A stretch of DNA of 64,000 nucleotides from an uncultured Acidimicrobiia bacterium (lineage in GTDB: Bacteria; Actinomycetota; Acidimicrobiia; Spongiisociales; UBA11373), in contig CAZEHO010000002.1 in assembly GCA_964511945.1 (NCBI GenBank), forward strand, positions 18,175-82,174. The letters run 5' to 3'. A program made the translations under genes and the position numbers. The notes under the pieces are model-generated. The model searched no databases, was not told the origin of the DNA, and was given only the letters and a program-made list of their open reading frames with translations. Positions 25,924 through 36,530 of this stretch are shown here, in pieces. Numbering within the stretch: position 1 is the first letter of the stretch; each line of letters opens with the position of its first letter.

Positions 25924-28392
25924 ATGGCAGTGACCGAATCGCGAGGAACACTGGGGACCTTCTCCGGCGTCTTCACGCCGTCGATCCTCACAATCCTCGG
26001 GATCATCCTGTTTCTCCGCCTGGGGCTCGTCGTGGGAGAGGCGGGCCTGCGCAACGCGCTCGTCATGATCCTGTTTGCAACGGCGGTCTCGGTGCTCACG
26101 TCGATTTCTCTGGCGGCCATCTCGACGAACTTCCGGGTCGGCGGCGGCGGCGACTACTACCTGATCTCGCGGACCCTCGGAACCGAGTTCGGCGGAGCCA
26201 TCGGCATCGTGCTGTATCTCGCCCAGGCAGTGTCGATCGCGTTCTACGCCATCGGGTTCGGTGAGGCGATCTCATCGATCATCGGCTGGTCGGCGTCGTG
26301 GGGCCCTCAGGTGATCGCAGCCGCCGCCGTGCTGTTCCTCTTTGGTTTCGCCTGGGCCGGCGCCGATGTGGCCAGCCGGCTCCAGTTTGTCGTCATGGCG
26401 CTGCTGATCGCAGCGCTCGCCTCGTTCTACGCGGGTGCATTCGGTTCGTACGAGGGAGCTGCTGTACGCGAGTCGCTGTCGCCGCTCCCGGAGGGGCTCG
26501 GCTTCTGGACCCTGTTTGCCATCCTTTTCCCGGCGGTCACCGGCTTCACCCAGGGCGTCAGCATGTCGGGCGACCTGCGGGACCCGGGCAAGAGCCTTCC
26601 CCGCGGAACGTTCGCCGCAGTCGGGCTCTCGACGGTGGTGTACATCTCGGTGGCCGTCCTCATGGCCGGGTCGGCAACGCAGGAGGCGTTGGCCACCGAC
26701 ACCGGGACCATGGGAGACATCGCAGCGGTCGGCTGGCTCATCGACGTCGGCGTTGTTGCAGCCACGCTGTCGTCGGCGATGGCGTCGTTCCTCGGTGCAC
26801 CTCGCATTCTGCAGTCGCTGGCATCTGATCGGATCTTCCCGATCCTCCGTTTCTTTGCCGTCGGCGACGGCGAATCGGGGAATCCGCGACGTGGTGTTCT
26901 GCTGTCGCTGGTGATCGCACTCGGGACCATTGCGCTGGGCAGCCTCAACGTGATCGCCCCGGTGGTGTCGATGTTCTTCCTGATCTCCTACGGGCTGCTC
27001 AACTACGCCACCTACTACGAGGCCCATGCCTCGAGCCCGGCGTTCCGGCCCCGATTCCGCTTCTTCCACAGGCGGGCGAGTCTCGCCGGTGCGGTGGCCT
27101 GCCTGGGAGCGATGCTGGCCATCAATCCGCTCGTCGGCGCCGGTGCGGCGCTGGTGATGTACCTGATCTACAAGTACCTGGAGGGCCGGGATCGGGTCGA
27201 GCGGTGGGCCGATGCCAGCCACAGCCACTTCTTCCAGCGGGCGAAGGACAGCATCCGGGCCCTGGCCGGGGAGTCGGATCACGCCAGGAACTGGCGTCCC
27301 CGGATGCTGGCATTCTCGGCGGACCCGGCCCGCCGAGCTCGGCTGCTGCGGTTCACGACGTGGCTCGAGGGAGGCAGCGGTCTCACTGCGGTCGCCCAGA
27401 TCGTCGCCGGGGAGGGAGCCCTGAAGCGCCTGGAACGTTCCGAGGCGCACGAGGTGCTTGAGGAGCAGATCGACGAACTCGATCTCGACGTTCACGCACT
27501 CACCGTCCTTGCACCGGATCCGCTCGACGCGCTGCCGGTCATCGCCCAGTCGTTCGGCATTGGACCGATGAGCGCCAACACGGCGGTGTTCGGGTTACCC
27601 GAGGATCCCGATCAGGCCGCATGGGAGAGCTACGTGATGGCGCTGCGATCGGTCGCGCGGCTCGGGCTCGGAGTGGTTGCGGTGTCGAGCAACGAGGAGG
27701 TGTGGCAGTTCACCCAGGAGGTTCCCCGCAAGCACCGGGTGATCGACGTCTGGTGGGCGGACGACGACACCGGCCGGGAGGCGCTGCTGATGGCATACCT
27801 CGCCACCCGGACCGAGGATTGGGGCCGGGCGAAGATCCGCTTGCTGGCCCCGGCCGACGACACCCCGGATCAGGCTGGTGCGCTCGAGGCGATGCTCGAG
27901 GATGCCCGCATCTCTGCGGAGGTAGTCGTCGTGCCCGAGCCCTCCGCGGCGGTAATCAGGAGTGTGAGCGCCGGGGCGACTCTGGTCATGCTGCCCATGA
28001 GACTGAAGGGGACCACCCTCCTCGATGAGATCGCCGGGGTCGAACTCCCGGGCTTGATGTCCAAGTTGCCGTTGACGGCAGCAGTGATGGCGGCGTCTCC
28101 GATCGATCTGACTGCAGATCCGGAGAGCGGTCCGGCCGCCGAGCTTCTCGCGGCCGAGGAGCGGGCGGACGTCGCCAACGACCGTTTGCGGACGCTCGAA
28201 CGTCAGCTGAAACATGCCGAGGCTGATCTTCGCCAACTCAAGGTTGCACTGCCGAACTGGCCGTCGCTGGCGTCGGAGGTAGAAGTGGCCGAGGCCCGGG
28301 TGGCGGATCTCACCAGGCGGGTCGGCAAGGCGCGGGCCCGTGTCGATGTCGCCCAGGCCGATCTGGACGAACTCCGCAACGGCCGACGGTAG
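25924..28392 (+). CDS. APC-superfamily permease (amino-acid permease / cation-chloride-cotransporter-like) with a large C-terminal cytoplasmic domain
   Basis: 822 aa from the ATG at 25924. About 12 TM helices over ~480 aa, then a ~300-aa soluble domain ending in a coiled-coil (LRQLKVALPNWPSLASEVEVAEARVADLTRRV). Confidence 0.75.
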   Translation: MAVTESRGTLGTFSGVFTPSILTILGIILFLRLGLVVGEAGLRNALVMILFATAVSVLTSISLAAISTNFRVGGGGDYYLISRTLGTEFGGAIGIVLYLAQAVSIAFYAIGFGEAISSIIGWSASWGPQVIAAAAVLFLFGFAWAGADVASRLQFVVMALLIAALASFYAGAFGSYEGAAVRESLSPLPEGLGFWTLFAILFPAVTGFTQGVSMSGDLRDPGKSLPRGTFAAVGLSTVVYISVAVLMAGSATQEALATDTGTMGDIAAVGWLIDVGVVAATLSSAMASFLGAPRILQSLASDRIFPILRFFAVGDGESGNPRRGVLLSLVIALGTIALGSLNVIAPVVSMFFLISYGLLNYATYYEAHASSPAFRPRFRFFHRRASLAGAVACLGAMLAINPLVGAGAALVMYLIYKYLEGRDRVERWADASHSHFFQRAKDSIRALAGESDHARNWRPRMLAFSADPARRARLLRFTTWLEGGSGLTAVAQIVAGEGALKRLERSEAHEVLEEQIDELDLDVHALTVLAPDPLDALPVIAQSFGIGPMSANTAVFGLPEDPDQAAWESYVMALRSVARLGLGVVAVSSNEEVWQFTQEVPRKHRVIDVWWADDDTGREALLMAYLATRTEDWGRAKIRLLAPADDTPDQAGALEAMLEDARISAEVVVVPEPSAAVIRSVSAGATLVMLPMRLKGTTLLDEIAGVELPGLMSKLPLTAAVMAASPIDLTADPESGPAAELLAAEERADVANDRLRTLERQLKHAEADLRQLKVALPNWPSLASEVEVAEARVADLTRRVGKARARVDVAQADLDELRNGRR

Positions 28393-28479
28393 GCGGATGG
28401 GCGTCCCCACCTTGCCGTTCCGGTGTGGGGCCCGCCATAATGAGCCGACCTCCACGTCTTTCTTGAGGAGTCTTTCGTC

Positions 28480-29142
28480 ATGGAACAGGTGAGCCTGCGC
28501 GCCGAGACCGGCCGAACCAAGGGTTCGCGCCCGTCGCGTCGCCTCCGGCGCGAGGGTGCGGTCCCGGCCGTCGTCTATGGGCGAGGCCTGGAGCCGGTCT
28601 CCGTCGCCGTCAACCGCCGCGACCTCTACGGTGCCCTGCGCACCGAGGCCGGCCTCAACGCTCTGATCAACTTGGAAGTGGGCAAGGACGAGTTTCTGAC
28701 CGTTGCCCGTGAGATCCAGCGGGACCCGGTGCGCGGTGAGATCGTGCATCTCGACTTCCTGCAGATCTCACTCGACGAGACCATCCAGGCTGAAGTCGGC
28801 GTCGAATACCTCGGGGAGCCGGCCGGTGCGGCCGAGGGCGGCATCGTCGAGACCATCCGGACCGTTGTGCTGATCGAGGCGCTGCCGACGGCCATTCCGT
28901 CGTCGATCACCCTCGACATCTCCGAGCTCAACATCGGCGACAGTCTCAGCGTCGTCGATCTGCCCGAACTCGAGGGCGTCCTCTATGTGGATGACCCCGA
29001 GTCGACCCTCGTTACCGTCACCGTGCCTGCCGCGGTGGTGGCCGAAGAGGAAGAGGTCGAGGGTGAAGAGGGCGAAGAGATCGAGGGCGAAGAGGGCGAC
29101 GGCGAAGGCGAAGGCGCGTCCGACGAAGGGGACGAAGGCTGA
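28480..29142 (+). CDS. rplY: 50S ribosomal protein L25/general stress protein Ctc
   Basis: RAETGRTKGSRPSRRLRREGAVPAVVYG L25 N-domain with an acidic C-terminal tail. Confidence 0.9.
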   Translation: MEQVSLRAETGRTKGSRPSRRLRREGAVPAVVYGRGLEPVSVAVNRRDLYGALRTEAGLNALINLEVGKDEFLTVAREIQRDPVRGEIVHLDFLQISLDETIQAEVGVEYLGEPAGAAEGGIVETIRTVVLIEALPTAIPSSITLDISELNIGDSLSVVDLPELEGVLYVDDPESTLVTVTVPAAVVAEEEEVEGEEGEEIEGEEGDGEGEGASDEGDEG

Positions 29143-29762
29143 GCGACGGGCCCCTGCTCGTCGTCGGACTCCGCAACCCAGGTCCCGAATACGAGGGCAC
29201 CCGCCACAACATCGGTGCGGAGGTGATCAGCGCCGCCGCCGGTGGGGCCTCGTTCAAGCGTGCTCCCAGGTTCATTCGCGCACTGGTGGCGACGGCCGAC
29301 TTCGGTGGCCGCCGTGCCGTGCTGGCGCAGCCGGGCACGTTCATGAACGAGTCGGGGCAGGTGGTCGCGCCGCTGGTGCGCTACTACAAGGTCGATCCCG
29401 AAGACATCGTGCTGATCCACGACGACATCGACCTGCCCTTCGGCAAGCTCCGGTTCCACTTCGGGCGCGGGACCGGCGGGCACAACGGCGTGGCCTCGGT
29501 GGTTCGATCGCTGGGGAGCCCAACCCTGTGGCGGCTGAAGTTCGGGGTGGGGCGGCCTCCGGGGCGGATGGACCCGGCCGACTTCGTGCTGCGCCGGTTC
29601 TACGATCGGGAGCGGGCCGACGTCGATCTCATGGTGGCCGAAGCGGCTGATCTCGTCCGGGTGTTCGGGGCCGAAGGCGGCGATGCGGCCCGCCAGGCGG
29701 CAGGCGAGGCGACGGCCCGTCTCGGGATCGACAAACGAGCCGAAGACGATTCGGGAGAGTGA
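29139..29762 (+). CDS. pth: peptidyl-tRNA hydrolase
   Basis: [24 protein letters not shown]...[13 protein letters not shown]...GHNGV Pth motifs. The conserved N-terminus lies upstream of the first ATG/GTG/TTG (track start 29223). Start placed tentatively at the CTG at 29139, which overlaps the rplY stop. Confidence 0.8.
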   Translation: MSDGPLLVVGLRNPGPEYEGTRHNIGAEVISAAAGGASFKRAPRFIRALVATADFGGRRAVLAQPGTFMNESGQVVAPLVRYYKVDPEDIVLIHDDIDLPFGKLRFHFGRGTGGHNGVASVVRSLGSPTLWRLKFGVGRPPGRMDPADFVLRRFYDRERADVDLMVAEAADLVRVFGAEGGDAARQAAGEATARLGIDKRAEDDSGE

Positions 29763-31255
29763 TCGACGTGAAGGACTATGTCGGCGCCATCGACCAGGGG
29801 ACCACCAGCACCCGCTTCGTCATCCTGGACCGGGCAGGCCGGTTGGTTGCGATCGACCAGCAGGAGCACGAGCAGATCTATCCCCAGCCCGGGTGGGTCG
29901 AGCACAACGCCGCCGAGATATGGGAGCGGACCAGGGCGGTCATCACCGGAGCCCTGGACCGGGCGGGGATCACCGCCGGCGATCTCGCCGCCGTCGGGAT
30001 CACCAATCAGCGCGAGACGACGCTGGTATGGGATCCCGAGACCGGGGAGCCGCTGGCCCCGGCGATCGTGTGGCAGGACACGCGGACCGATGATCTGGTC
30101 CACCAACTGGCTGTCGATGGCGGGCTTGATCGCTTCCGTGCGGTGACCGGGTTGCCGCTGACCACCTACTTCTCCGGACTCAAGGTGCGGTGGCTCCTCG
30201 ACCACATCGACGGCCTCCGGACCCGTGCCGAGGAGGGGAGGGCGATCTTCGGCACCATGGACACCTGGGTCATCTGGAACCTGACGGGCCGGCATGTGAC
30301 CGATGTGACCAATGCCAGCCGGACGATGCTGATGCGTCTCGACACCCTCGAGTGGGACCGGGAAATCGCAGCCGCAATAGGCGTTCCTCTCCAGATGCTT
30401 CCTGAGATCGTCCCGAGTTCCGCGGTCTACGGCGAAGGAACCGGCCCCCTGGCCGGAGTGCCGATCGCCGGTGCACTCGGGGATCAGCAGGCTGCACTGT
30501 TCGGCCAAACCTGTTTTGCCCCGGGGCGCGCCAAGAACACCTACGGGACCGGTTGCTTCATGCTGCTCAACACCGGGACCGAAGCCGTGCCCAGCGACCA
30601 GGGTCTGCTGACCACGCTCGGGTATCAGCTGGAGGGGAGTCCGGCGGTCTACGCCCTCGAGGGCTCGATCGCCATCGCCGGTGCCGGCGTGCAGTGGTTG
30701 CGCGACAACCTGCGAATGATCGACTCGGCACCCGAAGTCGAGACGCTCGCCCGCGAGGTGGAGGACAACGGGGGCGCCTACTTCGTGCCGGCCTTCAGCG
30801 GCCTGTTCGCACCGTACTGGCGAACCGACGCCAGGGGAGTGTTCGCCGGACTCACCCGCTACGTCAACCGTCACCACATCGCCCGGGCGGTCCTCGAGTC
30901 GACCGCGTATCAGACCCGGGATGTGCTCGAGGCGATGGTCGCCGACAGCGGTGTCGATCTGGCGACGCTCTTCGTCGACGGCGGCATGGTCGCCAATGAT
31001 CTCCTGATGCAGTTCCAGGCCGACATTCTGGGGGTGCCGGTGATCCGGCCGACGATCGCCGAGACCACGGCGCTGGGAGCCGGCTACGCCGCCGGACTGG
31101 CGGTCGGGTTCTTCAGTGGCCTCGATGAGCTGTCGTCGTTGTGGGCCGAGGATCGCCGTTGGGAGCCGGAGATGGCCGGGAGAGAGCGCGAACGCCTCTA
31201 CGCCGGCTGGAAGAAAGCCGTGACCCGAACCTTCGACTGGGTCGAACGCGACTGA
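29759..31255 (+). CDS. glpK: glycerol kinase
   Basis: [13 protein letters not shown]...[18 protein letters not shown]-family kinase, 498 aa. Confidence 0.95.
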   Translation: MIDVKDYVGAIDQGTTSTRFVILDRAGRLVAIDQQEHEQIYPQPGWVEHNAAEIWERTRAVITGALDRAGITAGDLAAVGITNQRETTLVWDPETGEPLAPAIVWQDTRTDDLVHQLAVDGGLDRFRAVTGLPLTTYFSGLKVRWLLDHIDGLRTRAEEGRAIFGTMDTWVIWNLTGRHVTDVTNASRTMLMRLDTLEWDREIAAAIGVPLQMLPEIVPSSAVYGEGTGPLAGVPIAGALGDQQAALFGQTCFAPGRAKNTYGTGCFMLLNTGTEAVPSDQGLLTTLGYQLEGSPAVYALEGSIAIAGAGVQWLRDNLRMIDSAPEVETLAREVEDNGGAYFVPAFSGLFAPYWRTDARGVFAGLTRYVNRHHIARAVLESTAYQTRDVLEAMVADSGVDLATLFVDGGMVANDLLMQFQADILGVPVIRPTIAETTALGAGYAAGLAVGFFSGLDELSSLWAEDRRWEPEMAGRERERLYAGWKKAVTRTFDWVERD

Positions 31256-31279
31256 GCCGCCGACGCACCCTTCGGTACC

Positions 31280-31867
31280 ATGCCGGAGGTCTCGTCCAGA
31301 GGAGAGCGTCCCATCTCGATCCCCGATCGCCTTGCCTACGCCCGGATGATCTCCGTGCCAGTGATCGTGGCGCTGATCCTGCTGGCGGACGATATCGACC
31401 ACGCCTTTGGGATCGCCGCCGTAATCATGGCGCTCGCTTCGTTCACCGATTTCCTGGACGGGTACCTCGCCCGCCGCTGGCAGATCACCACGACGCTCGG
31501 TGCGTTCCTCGACACCATCGCCGACAAGCTGCTGGTGACCGGGGCGTTGTTCGCACTCGTCGAGGTCGGGCGGGCGTGGGCGTGGGCGGCGTTCGTGATC
31601 GTCGGCCGTGAGATCGCAATCTCCGGGCTGCGGGGGATCGCGGCCATGGACGGCGTTTCCGTCCCACCGTCGATCTGGGGCAAAGCGAAGGCCAACGTGC
31701 AGTACCTGGCCGTCTTCATGGCGATGCTGCGGACCCCGGACACGTACGGCGGGCTGTACCCCGACGAGTGGATGATGATCCTCGCCGCCGCCGTCACGGT
31801 GCTGTCGGGCGTGGAGTACATGGCCCGCTTCGCCGTGGTGCTCCGGGCCGACCGGGCTCGTGCCTGA
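31280..31867 (+). CDS. pgsA: CDP-alcohol phosphatidyltransferase (PgsA-like)
   Basis: DGYLARRWQITTTLGAFLDTIADKLLV is the CDP-OH phosphotransferase motif D(x2)DGx2AR...G(x3)D(x3)D. Confidence 0.85.
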   Translation: MPEVSSRGERPISIPDRLAYARMISVPVIVALILLADDIDHAFGIAAVIMALASFTDFLDGYLARRWQITTTLGAFLDTIADKLLVTGALFALVEVGRAWAWAAFVIVGREIAISGLRGIAAMDGVSVPPSIWGKAKANVQYLAVFMAMLRTPDTYGGLYPDEWMMILAAAVTVLSGVEYMARFAVVLRADRARA

Positions 31868-32834
31868 CACTCTCGTCACCGGCGGCACCGGGTTCATCGG
31901 TGGTGCTCTTCTCCGGCGCCTGATCGCCGATGGGCGTGCGGTCAGGGCCCTGGTGCGCAGCGATGCCGATGCCGAAGCGGTCGCCTCGCTCGGCGCCGAG
32001 CCGGTCGTGGGGGACCTGCGCAACCTCGCCTCGGTCGATCGAGCCGTGACCGGGTGCCGAACGGTTTTTCACGTTGCCGGGATCAACGAGATGTGCTCCC
32101 GCGACATCGACCTGATGTATCGCGTCAACCTCGAAGGGTCGCGCACCGTGGCCTCGGCGGCGGCTGCCGCCGGGGTTGAGCGGATCGTGTACACCTCGTC
32201 GGCGGCGGTGCTCGGTGAGGCCCCGGGACTGATAGCCACCGAAGCCACTCCGTTCACCCAGGACCTCAGCAACTACGGCCGCTCGAAGCGGCTGGGAGAG
32301 GAGGCGGTGTTCTCCGCAGCGCTCGACGCCGGAATCGACGCGGTGGCGGTGAATCCCTCGTCGGTGCAGGGCCCTGGCCGGACCGGGGGAACCGGGAAGA
32401 TCCTGCTCGGGTTCCTCACCGGAACACTCCGCTACGCGGTGAACACCACGATCAGCCTTGTCTACATCGACGACTGCATCGAGGCCCACCTCCTGGCCGA
32501 AGCCAACGGCGCACCGGGCGAGCGGTACGTGGTGAGTGGAGCAAGGGTGACCATTCGCGAAGCGTTGGATCTGCTCCGCCGGGTCTCCGGTGTCGATCAC
32601 CGGGTGCGGATGCTTCCGACATCCGTGCTCACCGCACTGGCTCCGGTGGTAGCCGGCGCGTTCCGGCTGATCGGCAAGCACCCGCCGCTGTGCCCGGAGA
32701 TGGCCCGCATTGCCGGCCACGGAGCCGCCTACGACGGGTCCCGGATCACTCGTCGACTCGGGCTGGATTACACCCCGCCGGAGGAGTGGCTGGCCACCAC
32801 AATCGAGTGGTACCGCAGCGAGGGGCTGGTCTGA
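31860..32834 (+). CDS. NAD-dependent epimerase/dehydratase-family SDR
   Basis: VTGGTGFIGGALLRRL Rossmann motif, 324 aa. Confidence 0.8.
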   Translation: MPDTLVTGGTGFIGGALLRRLIADGRAVRALVRSDADAEAVASLGAEPVVGDLRNLASVDRAVTGCRTVFHVAGINEMCSRDIDLMYRVNLEGSRTVASAAAAAGVERIVYTSSAAVLGEAPGLIATEATPFTQDLSNYGRSKRLGEEAVFSAALDAGIDAVAVNPSSVQGPGRTGGTGKILLGFLTGTLRYAVNTTISLVYIDDCIEAHLLAEANGAPGERYVVSGARVTIREALDLLRRVSGVDHRVRMLPTSVLTALAPVVAGAFRLIGKHPPLCPEMARIAGHGAAYDGSRITRRLGLDYTPPEEWLATTIEWYRSEGLV

Positions 32835-32852
32835 GCCGCCCGACGCAGGCCG

Positions 32853-33143
32853 CTACCCGGTCATGCGGTAGCCCACGTACCAGGCGCTGCACGGATGCGG
32901 AGCGACCTCGAGGAGCAGGTCACCGTGGCTGATCAGGCCGACGTCACCGGTTGATTCCCCGAAGTCGAAGACCAGTGCGGTTCCCGTCTGGGAGCCCACG
33001 ACCTTCCAATCGATCATCACGTCCACATACGCCGTGTAGTCGGCGTCGCGAATGCTGATCCGGCACTTGTCGGCGTTGCTCTGGAACATGCTGTTCGCAT
33101 GCTTAGGCGCGTCCCACAAATCGCGTACCATCACCACTCGCAT
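32853..33143 (-). CDS. hypothetical protein (start uncertain)
   Basis: ORF 32853..33230. The in-frame ATG at 33143 avoids a long overlap with mfd. No family recognised. Confidence 0.3.
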   Translation of the reverse strand: MRVVMVRDLWDAPKHANSMFQSNADKCRISIRDADYTAYVDVMIDWKVVGSQTGTALVFDFGESTGDVGLISHGDLLLEVAPHPCSAWYVGYRMTG

Positions 33144-36100
33144 GCCCGCCCCCCTTGTCACCCTGATCGACCGCTGGCGGCGCCACCCATCCCCGTCGAT
33201 TCCGGGTCGTCTGGTGGTGCCGCCCGGCATGCGCGCCTACTTCCTCGCCGGACTTGGCGCGAAGCTCGGCACTCCGATCTTCGCCGTGGTGCCGGGTGAA
33301 CGCGACGCCGAGAATCTCTCCGACGATCTCGAACTGTTCGTCGACGACGCGGTGATGCTCCCGGCGTGGGAGACCCTGCCGTTTGAGCACGTTTCTCCCA
33401 ACGTGGCGACCATGGCCGCCCGGTCGGAGGCTCGTCACCGGCTGCGCCGCGGGGATCCCGGGATCGTGGTGGCGTCGGTGCGGGCTGCAACTCAACGGGT
33501 CAGTGCGTCACCGGTCCATCCGGTGGTGGTGCGGACCGGAGATGAGCCGGGATTCGATGAAGTCGTTCGGGCGCTGACCGGCGCCGGATATCACCGCACC
33601 GATCGGGTCGAGAGCAGGGGTGAGATCGCAGTCCGCGGGGGCATTATCGACGTGTTCCCGGCGCAGGGCCGCGAGCCGTTCCGGATCGACTTCTGGGGTG
33701 ACGCCGTTGATGAGATCCGCAAATTTACCGTGGGCACCCAGCGCTCGGTTGATCCCGCCGATGTGGTCGTGGCCTACCCGGCCCGGGAGTTCCGTCCGGA
33801 TCCGGAGGTCATCGAGGGCGCTCGCGATCTGCTGCAACGGGAACCATGGGCGGCGGCGACCTGGGATCGCATTGCCGACGGGATGCTGTTCCCGGGGATC
33901 GAGTCGTGGCTTCCGTGGCTGGCACCCGAAGCAACCGCACTGTCCGAAGCCGACCCATCCGTGGTCGTCGTCCTCTTTGATCCGGCGCGTGCCGGTGATC
34001 GATCGCGCGACCTGGTCAAGGAGGAGAGCGAACTGGCGGCGGCGCTGGCGCCCACCTGGGGAACCGGGGCGCCCGAAGCCGGCGATCACCCGATGCTCTA
34101 CCTGCCCGTCGGCGAAGCCGTGTCCGACGATCGGCTCATCGAAGTTCCCTCACTGGCGGCCGGTCCCGGGGATGAATCTCTCGACGTCTCGGGGCTCGAC
34201 GCCGCGCCGGGCGATCCTGAGTCGGTTGCTGCGGGAATCGCCCGCCTCCTGGCCAAGAAGGTCCAGGTTGTCGTCGCCATGGACGGTGAACCGGCGGCAA
34301 GACGGGTCAGCCGGATCCTGGGTGAGAACGGTGTGGCGCTGCCGCACCGGGATTCAGCCGACGGCGACTCCATTGTGTTGTCGTACGGCATCCACCGTGG
34401 GTTTGTGGCTCCGGGTCTCGGAGTGGCGGTTCTCGGCGAGCAGGAAATCGCCGGCAGGCGGCGGGCTCATCGTCGGGTGACGGCGCGTCCGGTCCGTACT
34501 CGGGAAGGCGCCGGGTATGGGGATCTCTCCCCGGGGGACTACGTCGTGCATTACCGGCACGGGATCGGACGGTTCGAAGGCCTCGTCACCCGGACACTGG
34601 CCGGTATCGAGCGCGACTACCTCCTGGTGGCGTACGCCGCCGGCGACAAGCTCTATGTCCCCACCGACCAATTGGCGGCGGTCCGTCCTTACACCGGAGG
34701 CGAGTCGCCCCGGCTGTCGCGGATGGGCGGTGCCGACTGGTCGAAGACCCGGAGCAAGGTCCGCAAGGCCGTCGCTGCCGTCGCCGAAGAAGTGGTCGCG
34801 CTGCATCGGCAGCGAGCCCAGGTCGAGGGCCACGCCTTCGGTCGTGACACTCCCTGGCAGCGTGAGATGGAGGCGGCGTTCCCGTTTGAGGAGACCCCCG
34901 ATCAGCTGACCACGGTCGAAGCGGTCAAAGAAGATATGCAACTCGATGCGCCGATGGACCGCCTCGTGTTCGGCGACGTCGGCTTCGGCAAGACCGAAAT
35001 CGCGGTCCGCGCGGCCTTCAAGGCGGTACAGGACGGCAAGCAGGCGGCGATCCTGGTGCCGACCACTCTCCTTGCCCAGCAGCACCAGCAGACCTTCTCG
35101 GAGCGGTTCGACCCGTATCCGATCCGAGTCGAAATGCTGAGCCGATTCCTCACCGCCAAGCAGCAGCGCGAGGTGGCGGTCGGATTGGCCTCCGGCTCCG
35201 TCGATGTGGTGATCGCCACCCATCGGCTGCTCAGCGAGGACATCGAGTTCAAGGATCTCGGTCTGCTGGTCGTGGATGAGGAGCAGCGCTTCGGGGTGCA
35301 GGCGAAGGACAAGATCAAGGAGCTGCGTTCATCGGTGGACGTGCTGACGCTGACCGCGACCCCGATCCCGCGGACCCTCGAGATGGCACTCACCGGGATC
35401 CGTCCGGTGAGCCGAATCGCGACCCCGCCGGAGGATCGGCACCCGATCCTCACCTTTGTCGGGCCACTCGATCAACGCACCATATCCGCCGCGATTCGCC
35501 GCGAGATGCTGCGTGAGGGCCAGGTGTTCTATGTGCACAACCGGGTGCAATCGATCGACCATGCCGTCGCCCGGCTCCGGGAGCTGGTTCCGGAGGCGCG
35601 CTACGCCATCGCACACGGCCAGATGAGCGAAGGCCAGCTCGAACAGGTGATGCTCGACTTCTGGAACGGCGAACACGACGTGTTGGTCGCGACGACGATC
35701 ATCGAATCGGGCCTCGATCTTCCCCAGGTGAACACACTGATCGTCGAGCGGGCCGATCTGCTCGGGCTCGCGCAGCTCTACCAGTTGCGGGGACGGGTGG
35801 GCCGGTCCAGCCAGCGCGCCTACGCCTACCTGTTCCATCCGCCGGATCAGGCACTCTCGGAAGACGCTCACCGGCGGCTGGAGGCAGTCGGTGAGTTCGC
35901 CGACCTGGGATCCGGTTTCCAGCTCGCGATGCGGGATCTCGAGATCCGCGGGGCCGGGAGCATTCTGGGAAATGTTCAGTCCGGCCACATCTCTGCGGTG
36001 GGGTTCGACCTGTACGTGGAACTGGTCGCCGAGGCGGTGGCGCAGATGGAATCGGATGGGGGAGCGGAACCGGTGGAGACTCCCGCCGAGGTTCGCATCG

Positions 36101-36525
36101 AGCTCCCCGTAGATGCCCACCTGCCGGACGACTACGTAACCGACCAGGCAGCCCGGCTCGAGACATACCGGCGTCTGGCGGCGGGCACCACCCCCCAAGA
36201 CGTCGCCGATGTCCGCGCCGAATGGGAGGACCGCTTCGGCCCGCTTCCGCCGCGGGCGATCGCGCTGATCGATATTGCCGAACTCCGGGTTGAGGCGCTG
36301 CGGGTGGGGATCACCGAGATCGTCGCGCTGCGGCATGAGGTCAAGCTGGCGCCGGTTGATCTGAGCTCGTCGCAGGAGGTTCGGCTGCAACGGCTGACCA
36401 GGAGGCGGGGTGTCCTCAATGCCGCCGAGCACGCCCTCTTCGTCCCGACGCCCACCGGGAAAGTGGCCGTCGCGCTTGCGGAGTTCCTTCGTACAATGTG
36501 GCCCCCCGATCTCAACGAAAGCTGA
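33142..36525 (+). CDS. mfd: transcription-repair coupling factor
   Basis: UvrB-like N-domain, then DEAD/DEAH helicase motifs (GDVGFGKTE, DEEQRFGV, LTLTATPIPRTL) and a TRG C-domain. ATG at 33142 chosen inside ORF 33052... Confidence 0.95.
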   Translation: MPAPLVTLIDRWRRHPSPSIPGRLVVPPGMRAYFLAGLGAKLGTPIFAVVPGERDAENLSDDLELFVDDAVMLPAWETLPFEHVSPNVATMAARSEARHRLRRGDPGIVVASVRAATQRVSASPVHPVVVRTGDEPGFDEVVRALTGAGYHRTDRVESRGEIAVRGGIIDVFPAQGREPFRIDFWGDAVDEIRKFTVGTQRSVDPADVVVAYPAREFRPDPEVIEGARDLLQREPWAAATWDRIADGMLFPGIESWLPWLAPEATALSEADPSVVVVLFDPARAGDRSRDLVKEESELAAALAPTWGTGAPEAGDHPMLYLPVGEAVSDDRLIEVPSLAAGPGDESLDVSGLDAAPGDPESVAAGIARLLAKKVQVVVAMDGEPAARRVSRILGENGVALPHRDSADGDSIVLSYGIHRGFVAPGLGVAVLGEQEIAGRRRAHRRVTARPVRTREGAGYGDLSPGDYVVHYRHGIGRFEGLVTRTLAGIERDYLLVAYAAGDKLYVPTDQLAAVRPYTGGESPRLSRMGGADWSKTRSKVRKAVAAVAEEVVALHRQRAQVEGHAFGRDTPWQREMEAAFPFEETPDQLTTVEAVKEDMQLDAPMDRLVFGDVGFGKTEIAVRAAFKAVQDGKQAAILVPTTLLAQQHQQTFSERFDPYPIRVEMLSRFLTAKQQREVAVGLASGSVDVVIATHRLLSEDIEFKDLGLLVVDEEQRFGVQAKDKIKELRSSVDVLTLTATPIPRTLEMALTGIRPVSRIATPPEDRHPILTFVGPLDQRTISAAIRREMLREGQVFYVHNRVQSIDHAVARLRELVPEARYAIAHGQMSEGQLEQVMLDFWNGEHDVLVATTIIESGLDLPQVNTLIVERADLLGLAQLYQLRGRVGRSSQRAYAYLFHPPDQALSEDAHRRLEAVGEFADLGSGFQLAMRDLEIRGAGSILGNVQSGHISAVGFDLYVELVAEAVAQMESDGGAEPVETPAEVRIELPVDAHLPDDYVTDQAARLETYRRLAAGTTPQDVADVRAEWEDRFGPLPPRAIALIDIAELRVEALRVGITEIVALRHEVKLAPVDLSSSQEVRLQRLTRRRGVLNAAEHALFVPTPTGKVAVALAEFLRTMWPPDLNES

Positions 36526-36530
36526 TTCCC

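Noticed and set aside
27595-28749. 384-aa minus-strand ORF antisense to the APC permease C-terminus and the rplY start
   Set aside because: Antisense artefact.
29600-32023. 807-aa minus-strand ORF antisense to pth/glpK/pgsA
   Set aside because: Arg/Pro/Gly-rich low-complexity translation typical of antisense frames in high-GC DNA. The sense strand carries clear glpK and pgsA.
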